From assembly GCA_964649535.1 (NCBI GenBank), contig CAZYTF010000001.1, forward strand, positions 1,521-65,520: a stretch of 64,000 nt of DNA, given 5' to 3'. This DNA comes from an uncultured Candidatus Saccharibacteria bacterium. Lineage in GTDB: Bacteria; Patescibacteriota; Minisyncoccia; Phycocordibacterales; UBA918. Both the position numbers and the translations under genes were made by a program. Within the stretch, counting starts at the first letter, position 1, and every line of letters begins with the position of its first letter. Of this stretch, positions 40,695 through 50,073 are shown piece after piece. Under the pieces are notes generated by a model. It worked only from the letters and a program-made list of their open reading frames with translations, made no database searches and was not told the DNA's origin.

Positions 40695-41006
40695 ATGAAA
40701 ATAAAAAAAGGAGACAGCGTAATTGTCATCGCCGGCAAGGATAAAGGTAAGAAGGGGAAAGTACTTCTGACACTTCCTAAAACTGAACAGGTTGTTATTG
40801 AGGGAATCAATGTAGCAACAAAGCACTTGAAAAACCGACGGGTACGCTCACAAGGACAGATTATCGAAAAAAGTATGCCACTGCATGTTTCAAACGTCGC
40901 ACTTGCGATTGATGGAAAAGGCGTGCGTGTGGGGTACACGGTCGAACAAGATGGTGACAAGTCTAAGAAGGTCCGTGTTGCACGTCCTTCAGGTAAGAAA
41001 ATATAA
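40695..41006 (+). CDS. rplX: 50S ribosomal protein L24
   Basis: KIKKGDSVIVIAGKDKGKKGKV. Confidence 0.9.
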   Translation: MKIKKGDSVIVIAGKDKGKKGKVLLTLPKTEQVVIEGINVATKHLKNRRVRSQGQIIEKSMPLHVSNVALAIDGKGVRVGYTVEQDGDKSKKVRVARPSGKKI

Positions 41007-41008
41007 GT

Positions 41009-41563
41009 ATGACTACAACTACAACAGCGACAATGAAAGCCAAGTTGGCAGATACATTTGAGTCACTCAAGAGTGTATTTGGGTACAAGAATGTCATGGA
41101 GGCACCAAAGATTGAGAAAGTAGTTATTTCAACTGGTGTTGGAAAGATTGATGATAAGCACAAACTTGCGCTTATTGAAGATAGGCTTGCAAAAATTACT
41201 GGTCAGAAACCATCGCCACGACCAGCAAAACAATCTATTGCATCGTTTAAGCTTCGTGAGGGAGATATTATTGGGTACCAAGTAACACTACGGGGTGCGC
41301 AAATGAATAGTTTCCTCGACAAGCTTATCCATGTTGCATTGCCACAAACACGCGATTTTCGCGGACTTAACGCATCTGCAATTGATGAAATGGGAAATAT
41401 GACACTCGGTATCAAGGAACATACAATCTTCCCTGAGACTACAAATGACGAACTAAAAGACGTCTTTGGACTTGCGATCACTATCGTAACGACAACAAAT
41501 GATATAAAAGAATCCGAAGCACTCCTTCGATACATCGGCTTACCGCTGAAAAAAGCTGAATAG
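41009..41563 (+). CDS. rplE: 50S ribosomal protein L5
   Basis: NVMEAPKIEKVVIS...REGDIIGYQVTLRG. A Thr-rich N-terminus; an alternative start lies at 41033. Confidence 0.9.
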   Translation: MTTTTTATMKAKLADTFESLKSVFGYKNVMEAPKIEKVVISTGVGKIDDKHKLALIEDRLAKITGQKPSPRPAKQSIASFKLREGDIIGYQVTLRGAQMNSFLDKLIHVALPQTRDFRGLNASAIDEMGNMTLGIKEHTIFPETTNDELKDVFGLAITIVTTTNDIKESEALLRYIGLPLKKAE

Positions 41564-41570
41564 CTTTTTA

Positions 41571-41592
41571 GAAAGCAAACTGCTTTGCTTTC
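41571..41592 (+). terminator. Hairpin after rplE
   Basis: gaaagcaaa-ctg-ctttgctttc. Confidence 0.45.
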
Positions 41593-41798
41593 GACAGGGG
41601 TAAGAGTCAAAGGCATGTTTCCTTCTCCTTGCGTAGAGAAGAAAACAGTCGAGACCGGGGAGGAAGTTCTTATGAGCGTAAGCGAATTAGAAACTTGACC
41701 CTTCCTTTGAAAAAAGAAGAAGTTGAGGAGGCTGCGTAAACACTTTTCACGCAGCACAAACGTAACGGTTTGGGTTAATTCTCAAAGTATAGAATAAC

Positions 41799-41830
41799 AA
41801 AAAGGCAGCACCCAGGTGCTGCCTTTTTGT
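41799..41830 (+). terminator. Intrinsic terminator
   Basis: ggcagcacc-cag-gtgctgcc followed by TTTTT. Confidence 0.55.
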
Positions 41831-41836
41831 GTGATA

Positions 41837-41864
41837 TTGACAAAAAAGCTTTATTATGTATAAT
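41837..41864 (+). promoter_or_regulatory. Consensus sigma70 promoter for hflK
   Basis: TTGACA, a 16-nt spacer, then TATAAT. Confidence 0.5.
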
Positions 41865-41928
41865 AATGACAGAATTCTGTGCAATAGTGGCGCAGTTTTT
41901 TGTTTTTTAGAACAGAAAGGGTACTACC

Positions 41929-42933
41929 ATGACATTTCGTGATAATCACACTAAGCCAGATGAAGGTTTTGAGGGGATTGAACAAAAAATTCTTTCCGAA
42001 TGGCCAAAATATCTTCTGCGTGCAGTACTCGCACTCGGCTTGATTTTTGCAGTTCTCAACAGCTGGTATACCGTCGATAAGGACGAGGAAGCGACAGTCC
42101 GCCGTTTCGGCGCACACATCGCAACCACTGGTCCTGGTCTGCACTTCATGATTCCCTTCGTGGATAAGGTGCAAAACACATCAGTGACAACTGTGCACCG
42201 GATTGAGATTGGTTTCCGCACAACGTCTGTTGAGGACAACACCCCTCAGTATGCAGCGTCTTCTGAAGAAGCTGAGATGCTGACTGCCGACGACAACATT
42301 GCGAACATTGATTTTGTCGTTCAGTACCGCAGCAGCGATGCTGCCAAGTGGCAGTTCAGTGTCATGGATCCAGAAAAGACACTGAATCTCATGGCTCAGG
42401 CTGCAATGCGATTGATTATTGGCCGGTCTGACTTTGACCGGGCAGCAACAATCGGTAAAGCTGAAATTCAAGACGAAGTCCGTGATGTGCTGCAAGCCTA
42501 TTCCGACTCTGTTGAAACGGGCGCGCAGATTGTTTCGGTTCAGCTTCAAGATGTGCAGCCGCCGGCACCTGTTATTGAAGCATTTAAGGACGTGGTGACC
42601 GCTCGTGAAGAGCGTGAGACTCTCGTCCAGGTCGCGAATCGACATGCAAACAGGGTATTGCCGCAGGCACGTGGTGAAGCTGCGCAGATTACAAACTCTG
42701 CAAATGCATACTCAAGCGAGCGTGTTGCAGAAGCTATGGGTGATGTTGCTCGGTTCAATGAAGTTTTGGTTAAGTACCAGGCTTCGCCGGAAGTTACTGC
42801 TCAACGACTGATTTTTGAAACGCAGGAAAAGGTCCTGCGTGGTCAGACAATCGTGGTGGACCCCAGTGAAGGTGGTCTTCTGAAATTCTTCAACATTGAT
42901 GGTTCGGGCATTCCGACCGCAACACAGAAGTAA
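41929..42933 (+). CDS. hflK: SPFH/band-7 protein HflK
   Basis: N-terminal TM helix and an SPFH core (VRRFGAHIATTGPGLHFMIPFVD...). About 52% GC, against about 42% in the flanks. Confidence 0.8.
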   Translation: MTFRDNHTKPDEGFEGIEQKILSEWPKYLLRAVLALGLIFAVLNSWYTVDKDEEATVRRFGAHIATTGPGLHFMIPFVDKVQNTSVTTVHRIEIGFRTTSVEDNTPQYAASSEEAEMLTADDNIANIDFVVQYRSSDAAKWQFSVMDPEKTLNLMAQAAMRLIIGRSDFDRAATIGKAEIQDEVRDVLQAYSDSVETGAQIVSVQLQDVQPPAPVIEAFKDVVTAREERETLVQVANRHANRVLPQARGEAAQITNSANAYSSERVAEAMGDVARFNEVLVKYQASPEVTAQRLIFETQEKVLRGQTIVVDPSEGGLLKFFNIDGSGIPTATQK

Positions 42934-42943
42934 GGGAAACGTT

Positions 42944-43690
42944 ATGACTCATGCTGATACAGCTACTCCTCGACCGCGCCGCCGGATGCGGAACAGAATC
43001 CTTTTGGGGATTCTCCTCGTCGCCATGGTTGGGCTGAAGACTAACCTGACTGTTGTCGATGAGACAGAACGGGCCGCCGTCTTCTTCTTCGGTGACCCTG
43101 TCCGTAATCTTGACGAGCCAGGTGTATACCTGACTCCGTTTTGGCAAACGGTCACCGTCATGGACAACCGCTATCGGTTGTACGATAGCAATCCAAGTGA
43201 AATCATCACTGCAGACAAAAAGACTGTGGTGACTGATGACTTCACGCTCTGGCGTATTGGGGACCCAACTAAGTTTATCCAAGCTGTTGGAACTCCAGCC
43301 TCGGCGCTGAAGCGCATCGATGACGACGTGTTCTCGCAACTCCGTCGCTCTTTTGGGGCACGGAACTATGAAGACATCGTGGTTAACGACCGAGAAGCTA
43401 TCATTGCGACAGTAACTGATCGTGCAGGCCGTACGTTGGCGACAATCTCGATTGATGTCGCCATGGTGCTCACAAACCGTGTTGAGCTGCCGCCTGAAAA
43501 CAAGCAGGCAGTCTACACACGGATGAGTGCTGAACGCCTGCAACAGGCGCAACAGTACCGTTCTGAAGGGGAAGCGGCTCGCTGCACAGAAAGCAGCGTA
43601 ACGTTCTTTAACGCAATACCCGGCGGGAATTTATTCCGCCGGTTTTTTTATACAAAACCATTGACTTTAGGCGTATTTTTGGTACTCTAG
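42944..43690 (+). CDS. hflC: SPFH protein HflC, apparently truncated at the C-terminus (possible pseudogene)
   Basis: TM plus SPFH core (ERAAVFFFGDPVRNLDEPGVYLTPFWQTV). The HflC-like sequence stops near 43590 (..QQYRSEGEAAR); the remaining reading frame runs through an intrinsic terminator hairpin. Confidence 0.6.
   Translation: MTHADTATPRPRRRMRNRILLGILLVAMVGLKTNLTVVDETERAAVFFFGDPVRNLDEPGVYLTPFWQTVTVMDNRYRLYDSNPSEIITADKKTVVTDDFTLWRIGDPTKFIQAVGTPASALKRIDDDVFSQLRRSFGARNYEDIVVNDREAIIATVTDRAGRTLATISIDVAMVLTNRVELPPENKQAVYTRMSAERLQQAQQYRSEGEAARCTESSVTFFNAIPGGNLFRRFFYTKPLTLGVFLVL
43619..43649 (+). terminator. Intrinsic terminator at the island's right edge
   Basis: cccggcgggaat-tt-attccgccgg followed by TTTTTTT. 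Confidence 0.6.
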
Positions 43691-43928
43691 TCCTCGACAT
43701 GAGATGTTGCTTCCTTCAGGAAAATACAGCTCGTGAAGGCGAGTTTTATTTGAAAACGAGCCGGATTATTAGGGAGTAAGTTGTGACATCTTCACAATAC
43801 TGCTCTAAAACTAAGTACGAGAAGTGGAGTAACTTCGAGTTCCGACGTCCAGCAATTTGCTCTAGGAAAGGAGCAAATTGGGACGTAAATTCAACATAGT
43901 CGCTTCGCTCCTTGTTTCATTTAATTTA

Positions 43929-44114
43929 ATGGCACGAAAGTCAATCATTATTCGGTCCCTACGGGTTCCGAAATTCAAGTCTCGTGTTGTCCGACGTTGC
44001 AACCAGTGTGGTCGTAAACGAGGATACATGCGCGATTTTGACCTTTGTCGTATTTGCTTTAGAGAGCAAGCGAACGAAGGACATATACCAGGTATAAAGA
44101 AATCATCATGGTAA
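43929..44114 (+). CDS. rpsN: 30S ribosomal protein S14, type Z (61 aa, zinc-binding)
   Basis: MARKSIIIRSL...CNQCGRKRGYMRDFDLCRICFRE. Confidence 0.9.
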   Translation: MARKSIIIRSLRVPKFKSRVVRRCNQCGRKRGYMRDFDLCRICFREQANEGHIPGIKKSSW

Positions 44115-44503
44115 GCGATACAGTAGGGGATTTCATCATTCAGCTTAAGAACGCTGGTATGGTAGGAAAAGAAAATGTATCACTTCCATACTCGAAGCTT
44201 AAGCATTCAATTGCAACTAAGCTTGCAGAAAAGGGGTACATTGCATCTGCAGGTATGCAGGGCAAAGCAGTTACGAAAACACTCGAAGTTGCACTCAAAT
44301 ACGACGCATCAGGTAATCATCAGATTCGTGGAGTGAAACGCGTTAGTAAACCAGGTCGACGGCTCTACGCAAAAGCAACTGAAATTTATCCAGTTAAGTT
44401 CGGGAAGGGCAATATGTTCATCTCAACACCTGCAGGTATCCTCACCGATGACGAGGCTCGCAAGCAGAATGTTGGTGGAGAGCAGCTCTTCATGATTTGG
44501 TAA
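44108..44503 (+). CDS. rpsH: 30S ribosomal protein S8
   Basis: DTVGDFIIQLKNAG...ISTPAGILTDDEAR. Confidence 0.95.
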   Translation: MVSDTVGDFIIQLKNAGMVGKENVSLPYSKLKHSIATKLAEKGYIASAGMQGKAVTKTLEVALKYDASGNHQIRGVKRVSKPGRRLYAKATEIYPVKFGKGNMFISTPAGILTDDEARKQNVGGEQLFMIW

Positions 44504-45042
44504 TTATGAGTCGTCTAGGAAAATTACCACTTGAGCTACCAACAGGTGTCACTGTGACACTCGTTGACCATGTAGTAACAGTGAAGGGCCCAAAAGGTGA
44601 ACTCACCTTGCCAGTTAAAGATGATGTTGTTGAAATTAAGATTGAAAACAACGTTGTAACAATGTTGCCAGGCGTAGATAAGCCAGAAGCGAAAGCGCTC
44701 TGGGGAACGTACGCTTCAATCGTGCGAAGTATGGTCGCTGGTGTTACAGAAGGTTTCGAGAAGAAGCTTGAAATTGAAGGGGTAGGATACCGTGCTGAAG
44801 CACAAGGACAAAAACTTACAGTGAGCGTTGGATTTTCACATCCTGTGATCATTGAAGTTCCTGAAGGCATTACAGCAATTGTAGAGAAAAACGTTATCAC
44901 TATTAGTGGTATTGATAAGCATGCTGTTGGACAGTTTGCAGCTAACGTTCGAAGAGTAAAGGAGCCTGAGCCGTACAAAGGTAAGGGAATTCGGTACCAA
45001 GGTGAATACATTATTCGTAAGCAAGGTAAGAAGGCTGTTTAG
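44497..45042 (+). CDS. rplF: 50S ribosomal protein L6
   Basis: SRLGKLPLELPTGV...KGKGIRYQGE. Confidence 0.95.
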   Translation: MVIMSRLGKLPLELPTGVTVTLVDHVVTVKGPKGELTLPVKDDVVEIKIENNVVTMLPGVDKPEAKALWGTYASIVRSMVAGVTEGFEKKLEIEGVGYRAEAQGQKLTVSVGFSHPVIIEVPEGITAIVEKNVITISGIDKHAVGQFAANVRRVKEPEPYKGKGIRYQGEYIIRKQGKKAV

Positions 45043-45055
45043 TCTCATAGAGCGT

Positions 45056-45406
45056 ATGAATAAATCAACTAAGAAAATTCAAAATCGGACTCGTCGACAT
45101 GCACGAATTCGGTCACGTGTATCTGGGACAGCAACAAAGCCACGTCTTGCCGTTTTCCGGAGTAATCGCTTTGTGTACGCACAATTGATTAACGATGAAG
45201 AAGCAAAGACACTTGCGTCGGCTGATTCACGAAAAGAAAAGGGTGCAAATATGACTGAGAAAGCTACAGCTGTCGGACAGTCAATTGCAACACAGGCTAA
45301 AAAAGCAGGAATTGAAAAGGTAGTCTTTGACCGAGGAGGGTTCCAGTACTTAGGTGTCGTTGCGGCACTTGCAGATGGAGCACGAGCAGGTGGACTCCAG
45401 TTTTAA
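45056..45406 (+). CDS. rplR: 50S ribosomal protein L18
   Basis: PRLAVFRSNRFVYAQLIND...VVFDRGGFQYLGVVAALADGAR. Confidence 0.9.
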   Translation: MNKSTKKIQNRTRRHARIRSRVSGTATKPRLAVFRSNRFVYAQLINDEEAKTLASADSRKEKGANMTEKATAVGQSIATQAKKAGIEKVVFDRGGFQYLGVVAALADGARAGGLQF

Positions 45407-45426
45407 CTAATTAACACATTTATAAA

Positions 45427-46104
45427 ATGAGCGAAGAAAAAAAGCAGGAAGCTACAACGCCGGAAGTCGCAGTCGCGACACCAGCACCAGAAGCCACAAA
45501 GGCTTCTACCGATGCACCCGCTACTGTTTCTTCTGCAACGCCAGCAACTGGTGAAGCAGGACAGCCAGCAACAGGGAATCGACCAGCTCGAGGACCACGA
45601 GGTGCGCGAGGAGGTGATAGAGCGCGTAATCCACGTCGACCACGACGTGGTGGACGACGAGACGACCGCGCACGTCAGGAGTATGAGCAAAAAATCATCA
45701 GTATCCGTCGAGTTACTCGTGTGATGGCTGGAGGACGACGATTCTCATTCTCAGTTGCAATGGTTATAGGTGATAAAAAAGGCAAGGTTGGTGTAGGAAT
45801 CGGCAAGGCTGGTGATACGCAGCTTGCAATTGAGAAAGCGATGCGAGATGCAAAGAAATGTCTCATTACTGTCCCCATGAACAAGGACGGACACCTTCCA
45901 CATGACGTGCATACTAAGTATGCATCAAGTGAAGTAATGATTATGCCAGCACCAGGTCGAGGACTTGTTGCCGGTTCATCAGTACGAACCGTACTTGAAC
46001 TTGCGGGAGTAAAAGATGTGACCGCAAAGATTTTCTCACGAAGCAAGAACAAACTAAATAATGCTCGAGCAGCTATTGAGGCACTTAAGCAGTTGAAAGC
46101 CTAA
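45427..46104 (+). CDS. rpsE: 30S ribosomal protein S5 with a roughly 60-aa low-complexity A/T/P/R-rich N-terminal extension
   Basis: IRRVTRVMAGGRRFSF...GIGKAGD core. N-terminal MSEEKKQEATTPEVAVATPAPEA...RGARGGDRARNPRRPRRGG. Confidence 0.9.
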   Translation: MSEEKKQEATTPEVAVATPAPEATKASTDAPATVSSATPATGEAGQPATGNRPARGPRGARGGDRARNPRRPRRGGRRDDRARQEYEQKIISIRRVTRVMAGGRRFSFSVAMVIGDKKGKVGVGIGKAGDTQLAIEKAMRDAKKCLITVPMNKDGHLPHDVHTKYASSEVMIMPAPGRGLVAGSSVRTVLELAGVKDVTAKIFSRSKNKLNNARAAIEALKQLKA

Positions 46105-46115
46105 ATTATACGAAT

Positions 46116-46565
46116 ATGCAATTACACGAACTAAAACCAACAACTCCTCGAAAGACTGAAAAGCGAATCGGTCGTGGGGGAAAGCGTGGTAAAACTTCAG
46201 GAAAGGGTCATAAAGGTCAAAAGGCACGAGCAGGAAATAGTACTCGACCTGAGATGCGGGAAATCATCAAGAAGATTCCAAAACTTCGTGGTCACGGTGT
46301 AAACCGCGCGAAGACTGTAAATAATGAACGGATACTTCCTACTATTGTGAATGTTGCTGCACTAGAAACAGCTTTCGAGGCTGGAGCAGCAGTAAACCCA
46401 AATGCACTTGTTGCAGCTGGTGTTATCGGAAATCGTCGAAAGAAAGCCCCAACGGTAAAGATTCTTGGAAATGGTGAGCTTACTAAGAAATTAACAGTAA
46501 CTGGATGTATTGTTTCTGCTTCAGCTAAAGAAAAGATTGAAAAAGCTGGAGGGAGCATCGCATAA
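46116..46565 (+). CDS. rplO: 50S ribosomal protein L15
   Basis: RIGRGGKRGKTSGKGHKGQKAR. Follows rpsE directly, so there is no L30 gene. Confidence 0.9.
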   Translation: MQLHELKPTTPRKTEKRIGRGGKRGKTSGKGHKGQKARAGNSTRPEMREIIKKIPKLRGHGVNRAKTVNNERILPTIVNVAALETAFEAGAAVNPNALVAAGVIGNRRKKAPTVKILGNGELTKKLTVTGCIVSASAKEKIEKAGGSIA

Positions 46566-46580
46566 GGTATACTGAATTCT

Positions 46581-47855
46581 ATGGAAAAATTCATACAAAA
46601 GCTCAAGATTATGGTGACCGACAAGTCAATTCGGAATCGGATTCTTTTTGTACTCGGTGCACTTGCAGTCTTTCGAGCACTTGCAACAATCCCCGTGCCC
46701 GGTGTTGATCACACTGTGTTGGAGCAGTTTTTCTCAAACAACCAGTTCCTGGGCCTTCTAAATATTTTCTCAGGAGGGGGCCTTGCTAATCTCTCGATCG
46801 TTATGCTCGGTGTAGGTCCGTATATTACGGCTTCTATTATCATGCAACTTATGACCGTGATGTCTCCAAAAATGAAGGCAATGCAGTCTGAAGACGGAGA
46901 GGCGGGGAGAGCTAAGTTTATGCAGTACAGTCGTATGCTCACTCTTCCACTGGCGATCCTGCAAGCATTTGGTTTCTTGACTCTTTTGCAAAGTCAGGGA
47001 GTTATTGCAGGCCTTTCACCATTTGGATTTGTGGTGAACGTTGTATTGGTGGTTGCTGGCTCGATACTCCTTATGTGGGTTGGTGAGTTGGTGACTGAGT
47101 TTGGTATTGGGAACGGTGTTTCCATCATCATTTTTGCTGGTATTGTTGCGGGTATCCCGCAAACAGTGAGCCAGCTTGGGTATGCATTTGCTGATCCATC
47201 TCAACTCCCGCTCTATGTTGGCTTTATCTTCATTGCACTCGCAATCATTTATGCAGTTGTGGTGATGACAGAAGCAGAGCGACCCGTGCCGATAACTTAT
47301 GCAAAGCAAAGTCGAGGGACAAAGACATATGGTGGCTCAAGTTCGTACCTGCCACTTCGTCTTAATCAGGCTGGAGTAATTCCAATTATCTTCGCACTTT
47401 CGATTATGCTATTTCCGCAGATGATCTTGAACATTCTTTCTGCGTTTAGTCTTCCGTGGGTGCCCGGTGCGATTGATACTATGAATCGACTGTTGAGTAA
47501 TCAGATTCTTTATGGAGTAGTTTACTTTGCGCTCGTCTTCCTCTTCACCTTCTTCTACACTGCGGTGACGTTTGATCCTGATTCAATTGCAAAGAACTTG
47601 CAGCGAAATGGAGCGTTCATTCCGGGCATTCGGCCAGGCGGACATACTTCAGAGTATTTAGGAAACCTCATTACGCGACTTACGCTCGTTGGTGCTGGAT
47701 TCCTTGGATTTGTAGCTGTTTTTCCAGTTGGTATGCAGGTAGTTACCGGAGTAACTTCTCTTGCGATTGGAGGTACCGCACTTCTTATTGTGGTTTCAGT
47801 GGTCCTTGACTTGATTCGTCGGGTTGACGCACAAGTCAGTCTTAGAGAGTACTAA
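46581..47855 (+). CDS. secY: Preprotein translocase SecY
   Basis: 424 aa with 10 TM helices and SecY motifs (GVGPYITASIIMQL). Confidence 0.95.
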   Translation: MEKFIQKLKIMVTDKSIRNRILFVLGALAVFRALATIPVPGVDHTVLEQFFSNNQFLGLLNIFSGGGLANLSIVMLGVGPYITASIIMQLMTVMSPKMKAMQSEDGEAGRAKFMQYSRMLTLPLAILQAFGFLTLLQSQGVIAGLSPFGFVVNVVLVVAGSILLMWVGELVTEFGIGNGVSIIIFAGIVAGIPQTVSQLGYAFADPSQLPLYVGFIFIALAIIYAVVVMTEAERPVPITYAKQSRGTKTYGGSSSYLPLRLNQAGVIPIIFALSIMLFPQMILNILSAFSLPWVPGAIDTMNRLLSNQILYGVVYFALVFLFTFFYTAVTFDPDSIAKNLQRNGAFIPGIRPGGHTSEYLGNLITRLTLVGAGFLGFVAVFPVGMQVVTGVTSLAIGGTALLIVVSVVLDLIRRVDAQVSLREY

Positions 47856-47869
47856 AAATTTTACAATTA

Positions 47870-47905
47870 AAAAGTGCCGCACCTGAAAGGTGCGGCACTT
47901 TTTAA
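47870..47905. terminator. Bidirectional intrinsic terminator
   Basis: agtgccgcacc-tgaaa-ggtgcggcact, flanked by A/T runs. Confidence 0.6.
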
Positions 47906-47960
47906 TATTTTTGTTTAGCAATCACGGTTATCCTAGAGGATAGCTGTGTACTCGCATAGT

Positions 47961-48530
47961 TTAATTAGTAAGCCACGCATTGTATGCATTGATAATTGCT
48001 TCCTTTGCTTCCTCTGGAGTGTTTGTCTTTGTGTCAATAACTAAATCGTAATTCTGGATATCATAGGGGTTGGCATGATATAGGCTTGCATAGCGCTTTA
48101 TTTCGCTAGTGAGACGTTTTTCGAGAACGGTCGCATATTCAGTTGGGTTATGCGGGATGTCTTCAGCCTGCATCCGTTCCTCACTCATATTTGTAAGTAT
48201 TCGAGTAGCTGCTACAGATAGCTCAAGGTCTAGATATACTTTAAATGAATATGGCATCCAATGCCAAGCCATCCGTGAGTCAATAACTAACTCATCATTT
48301 TTTCTGCCCATATCTTGCAGTTTTTTATCAACAAGATGATCAATCTTTTTCTCAGTTTCAGCCAGGACATTTACTTCATATATGTCTATCCCTCGTTCTT
48401 TTGCAATAGTGCGGAAAAGATCTCCTGAAGAAAAATGAGTATATCCAAGTTCAGATGCGATTAGTTTTGATGTTGTTGATTTGCCACTCCCCGGTTTGCC
48501 TGCCAGTGTGATAATGTGTTTCTTTTCCAT
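47961..48530 (-). CDS. Cytidylate kinase-like (CMP kinase family 2 / AAA) nucleotide kinase
   Basis: LAGKPGSGKSTTSKLIASELGYTHFSSGDLFR. Confidence 0.6.
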   Translation of the reverse strand: MEKKHIITLAGKPGSGKSTTSKLIASELGYTHFSSGDLFRTIAKERGIDIYEVNVLAETEKKIDHLVDKKLQDMGRKNDELVIDSRMAWHWMPYSFKVYLDLELSVAATRILTNMSEERMQAEDIPHNPTEYATVLEKRLTSEIKRYASLYHANPYDIQNYDLVIDTKTNTPEEAKEAIINAYNAWLTN

Positions 48531-48590
48531 AATCGCATTACCATACCATCATCTTGTAATTTTGTGTAACTCACGTAAACTGCTTTAGTT

Positions 48591-49190
48591 ATGGATACAA
48601 AAACAGTTATTTTTATAGGTCCACAAGGAAGTGGAAAGGGTACGCAAATTGCCAAATTAGATGCGGTGTTGCGAGTAGTCGATCCAACACAACGTATCGT
48701 TGACATTCAAACAGGTCGTCGTTTTCGTGCACTTGCTGCAAAAAGTGAAGGGTATACTGAAACACACGTTTCAGAGACACTTAATAGTGGGGTGCTACAG
48801 CCTCTTTTTCTGTCTATTAATCTATGGGGTGACGCTATGCGTGAACATGTGGATGACACATGTCATCTATTGATCGATGGTTTTCCGAGGATTGTTGATG
48901 AAGCTCGTGTGCTTGAAAGTGCGCTAGCATTCTATAAGCGAAATGATATAGATATCATCAATCTCGATACTCCTGAAGATGTAGTTCGTGCACGCATGGA
49001 GGGACGCGGACGTACTGATGATACTGCAGATTCGATTGAAGCTCGGCTACGTTGGTATCGTGAAGAAGTGGTGAGTGTGATTGCATATTACAAAACGCGT
49101 GAAGGTGCGACGGTGCACAACATTGATGGGACACTTTCTATTGATGGAGTTCATGAAGCAATTGTTTCAGCGCTTGGCGTCAAAAAATAG
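48591..49190 (+). CDS. adk: Adenylate kinase
   Basis: IGPQGSGKGTQ and an AK fold. Short LID without a Cys4 zinc site. Confidence 0.9.
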   Translation: MDTKTVIFIGPQGSGKGTQIAKLDAVLRVVDPTQRIVDIQTGRRFRALAAKSEGYTETHVSETLNSGVLQPLFLSINLWGDAMREHVDDTCHLLIDGFPRIVDEARVLESALAFYKRNDIDIINLDTPEDVVRARMEGRGRTDDTADSIEARLRWYREEVVSVIAYYKTREGATVHNIDGTLSIDGVHEAIVSALGVKK

Positions 49191-49205
49191 CACTGTTACC
49201 TATAT

Positions 49206-49982
49206 ATGGCAATAACAATCAAAACAGCTGAAGATATCGAGTTAATGCGCACGGGAGGAAAAATCCTTGCGACTATTCTTGATGAACTTGAGAAAGAGGC
49301 GAAAATTGGAAATACAACACTTGATATAGACGATCGCGCAATGGAGCTTATGGAGCAGTACGATGTTGAGCCGATGACGCTTGGGTATCATGCACATTTT
49401 GCACCACGGCCATATCCAGCTGCGACGTGTATCTCAATTAATGATGTGTTGGTTCACGGCATTCCAAATGAGAGTCCTGTCGAAATTTTAGATGGTGACG
49501 TTGTCAGTATAGATGTCGTTATTGCATATAAAGGTATGGTTGTTGATTCTGCTCGAACGGTTGGTGTGGGAGCGATATCTGAGGAAGCACGTCAGTTAAT
49601 TCATATTACTCAAAAGGCACTCGATGCCGGCATTGCGGCTGCTAAAGCTGGTGGCAAGGTAAGTGATATTGGTGCAGCAATTGAAAAAATTGTTCCGAAA
49701 CAGTTTGGTCTCGTCGATGCATTTTGTGGTCACGGTGTTGGGTATAGTCTTCATGAAGAGCCTGAGGTGCCAAACTTTAAAACCTATGGTGACAGTCCAG
49801 TACTTAAGCCAGGTATGGTACTCGCTATTGAGCCGATGATTACACTCGGAAGTAAGGATGTCGAGATCCTTGAGGACGGCTACACTGCAGTCACCGTTGA
49901 TGGCTCTCTTTCTGCCCACATGGAACACACGGTGCTGATTACAGAAGCTGGCCCTGAGAAATTAACGAAAAGTAGTAAGTAA
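49206..49982 (+). CDS. map: Methionine aminopeptidase type I
   Basis: Pita-bread fold with metal-ligand residues (D, D, H, E, E) in conserved positions: HGIPNE, VDSARTV, FCGHGVG. Confidence 0.95.
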   Translation: MAITIKTAEDIELMRTGGKILATILDELEKEAKIGNTTLDIDDRAMELMEQYDVEPMTLGYHAHFAPRPYPAATCISINDVLVHGIPNESPVEILDGDVVSIDVVIAYKGMVVDSARTVGVGAISEEARQLIHITQKALDAGIAAAKAGGKVSDIGAAIEKIVPKQFGLVDAFCGHGVGYSLHEEPEVPNFKTYGDSPVLKPGMVLAIEPMITLGSKDVEILEDGYTAVTVDGSLSAHMEHTVLITEAGPEKLTKSSK

Positions 49983-50073
49983 AAATTGGGAGAGGTACCT
50001 CGCTTGCTCTTGAAAAACATCCAAATTACTGTATACTGCTGCGGTAATTTAAACCTTATTTTTAAACATATTT

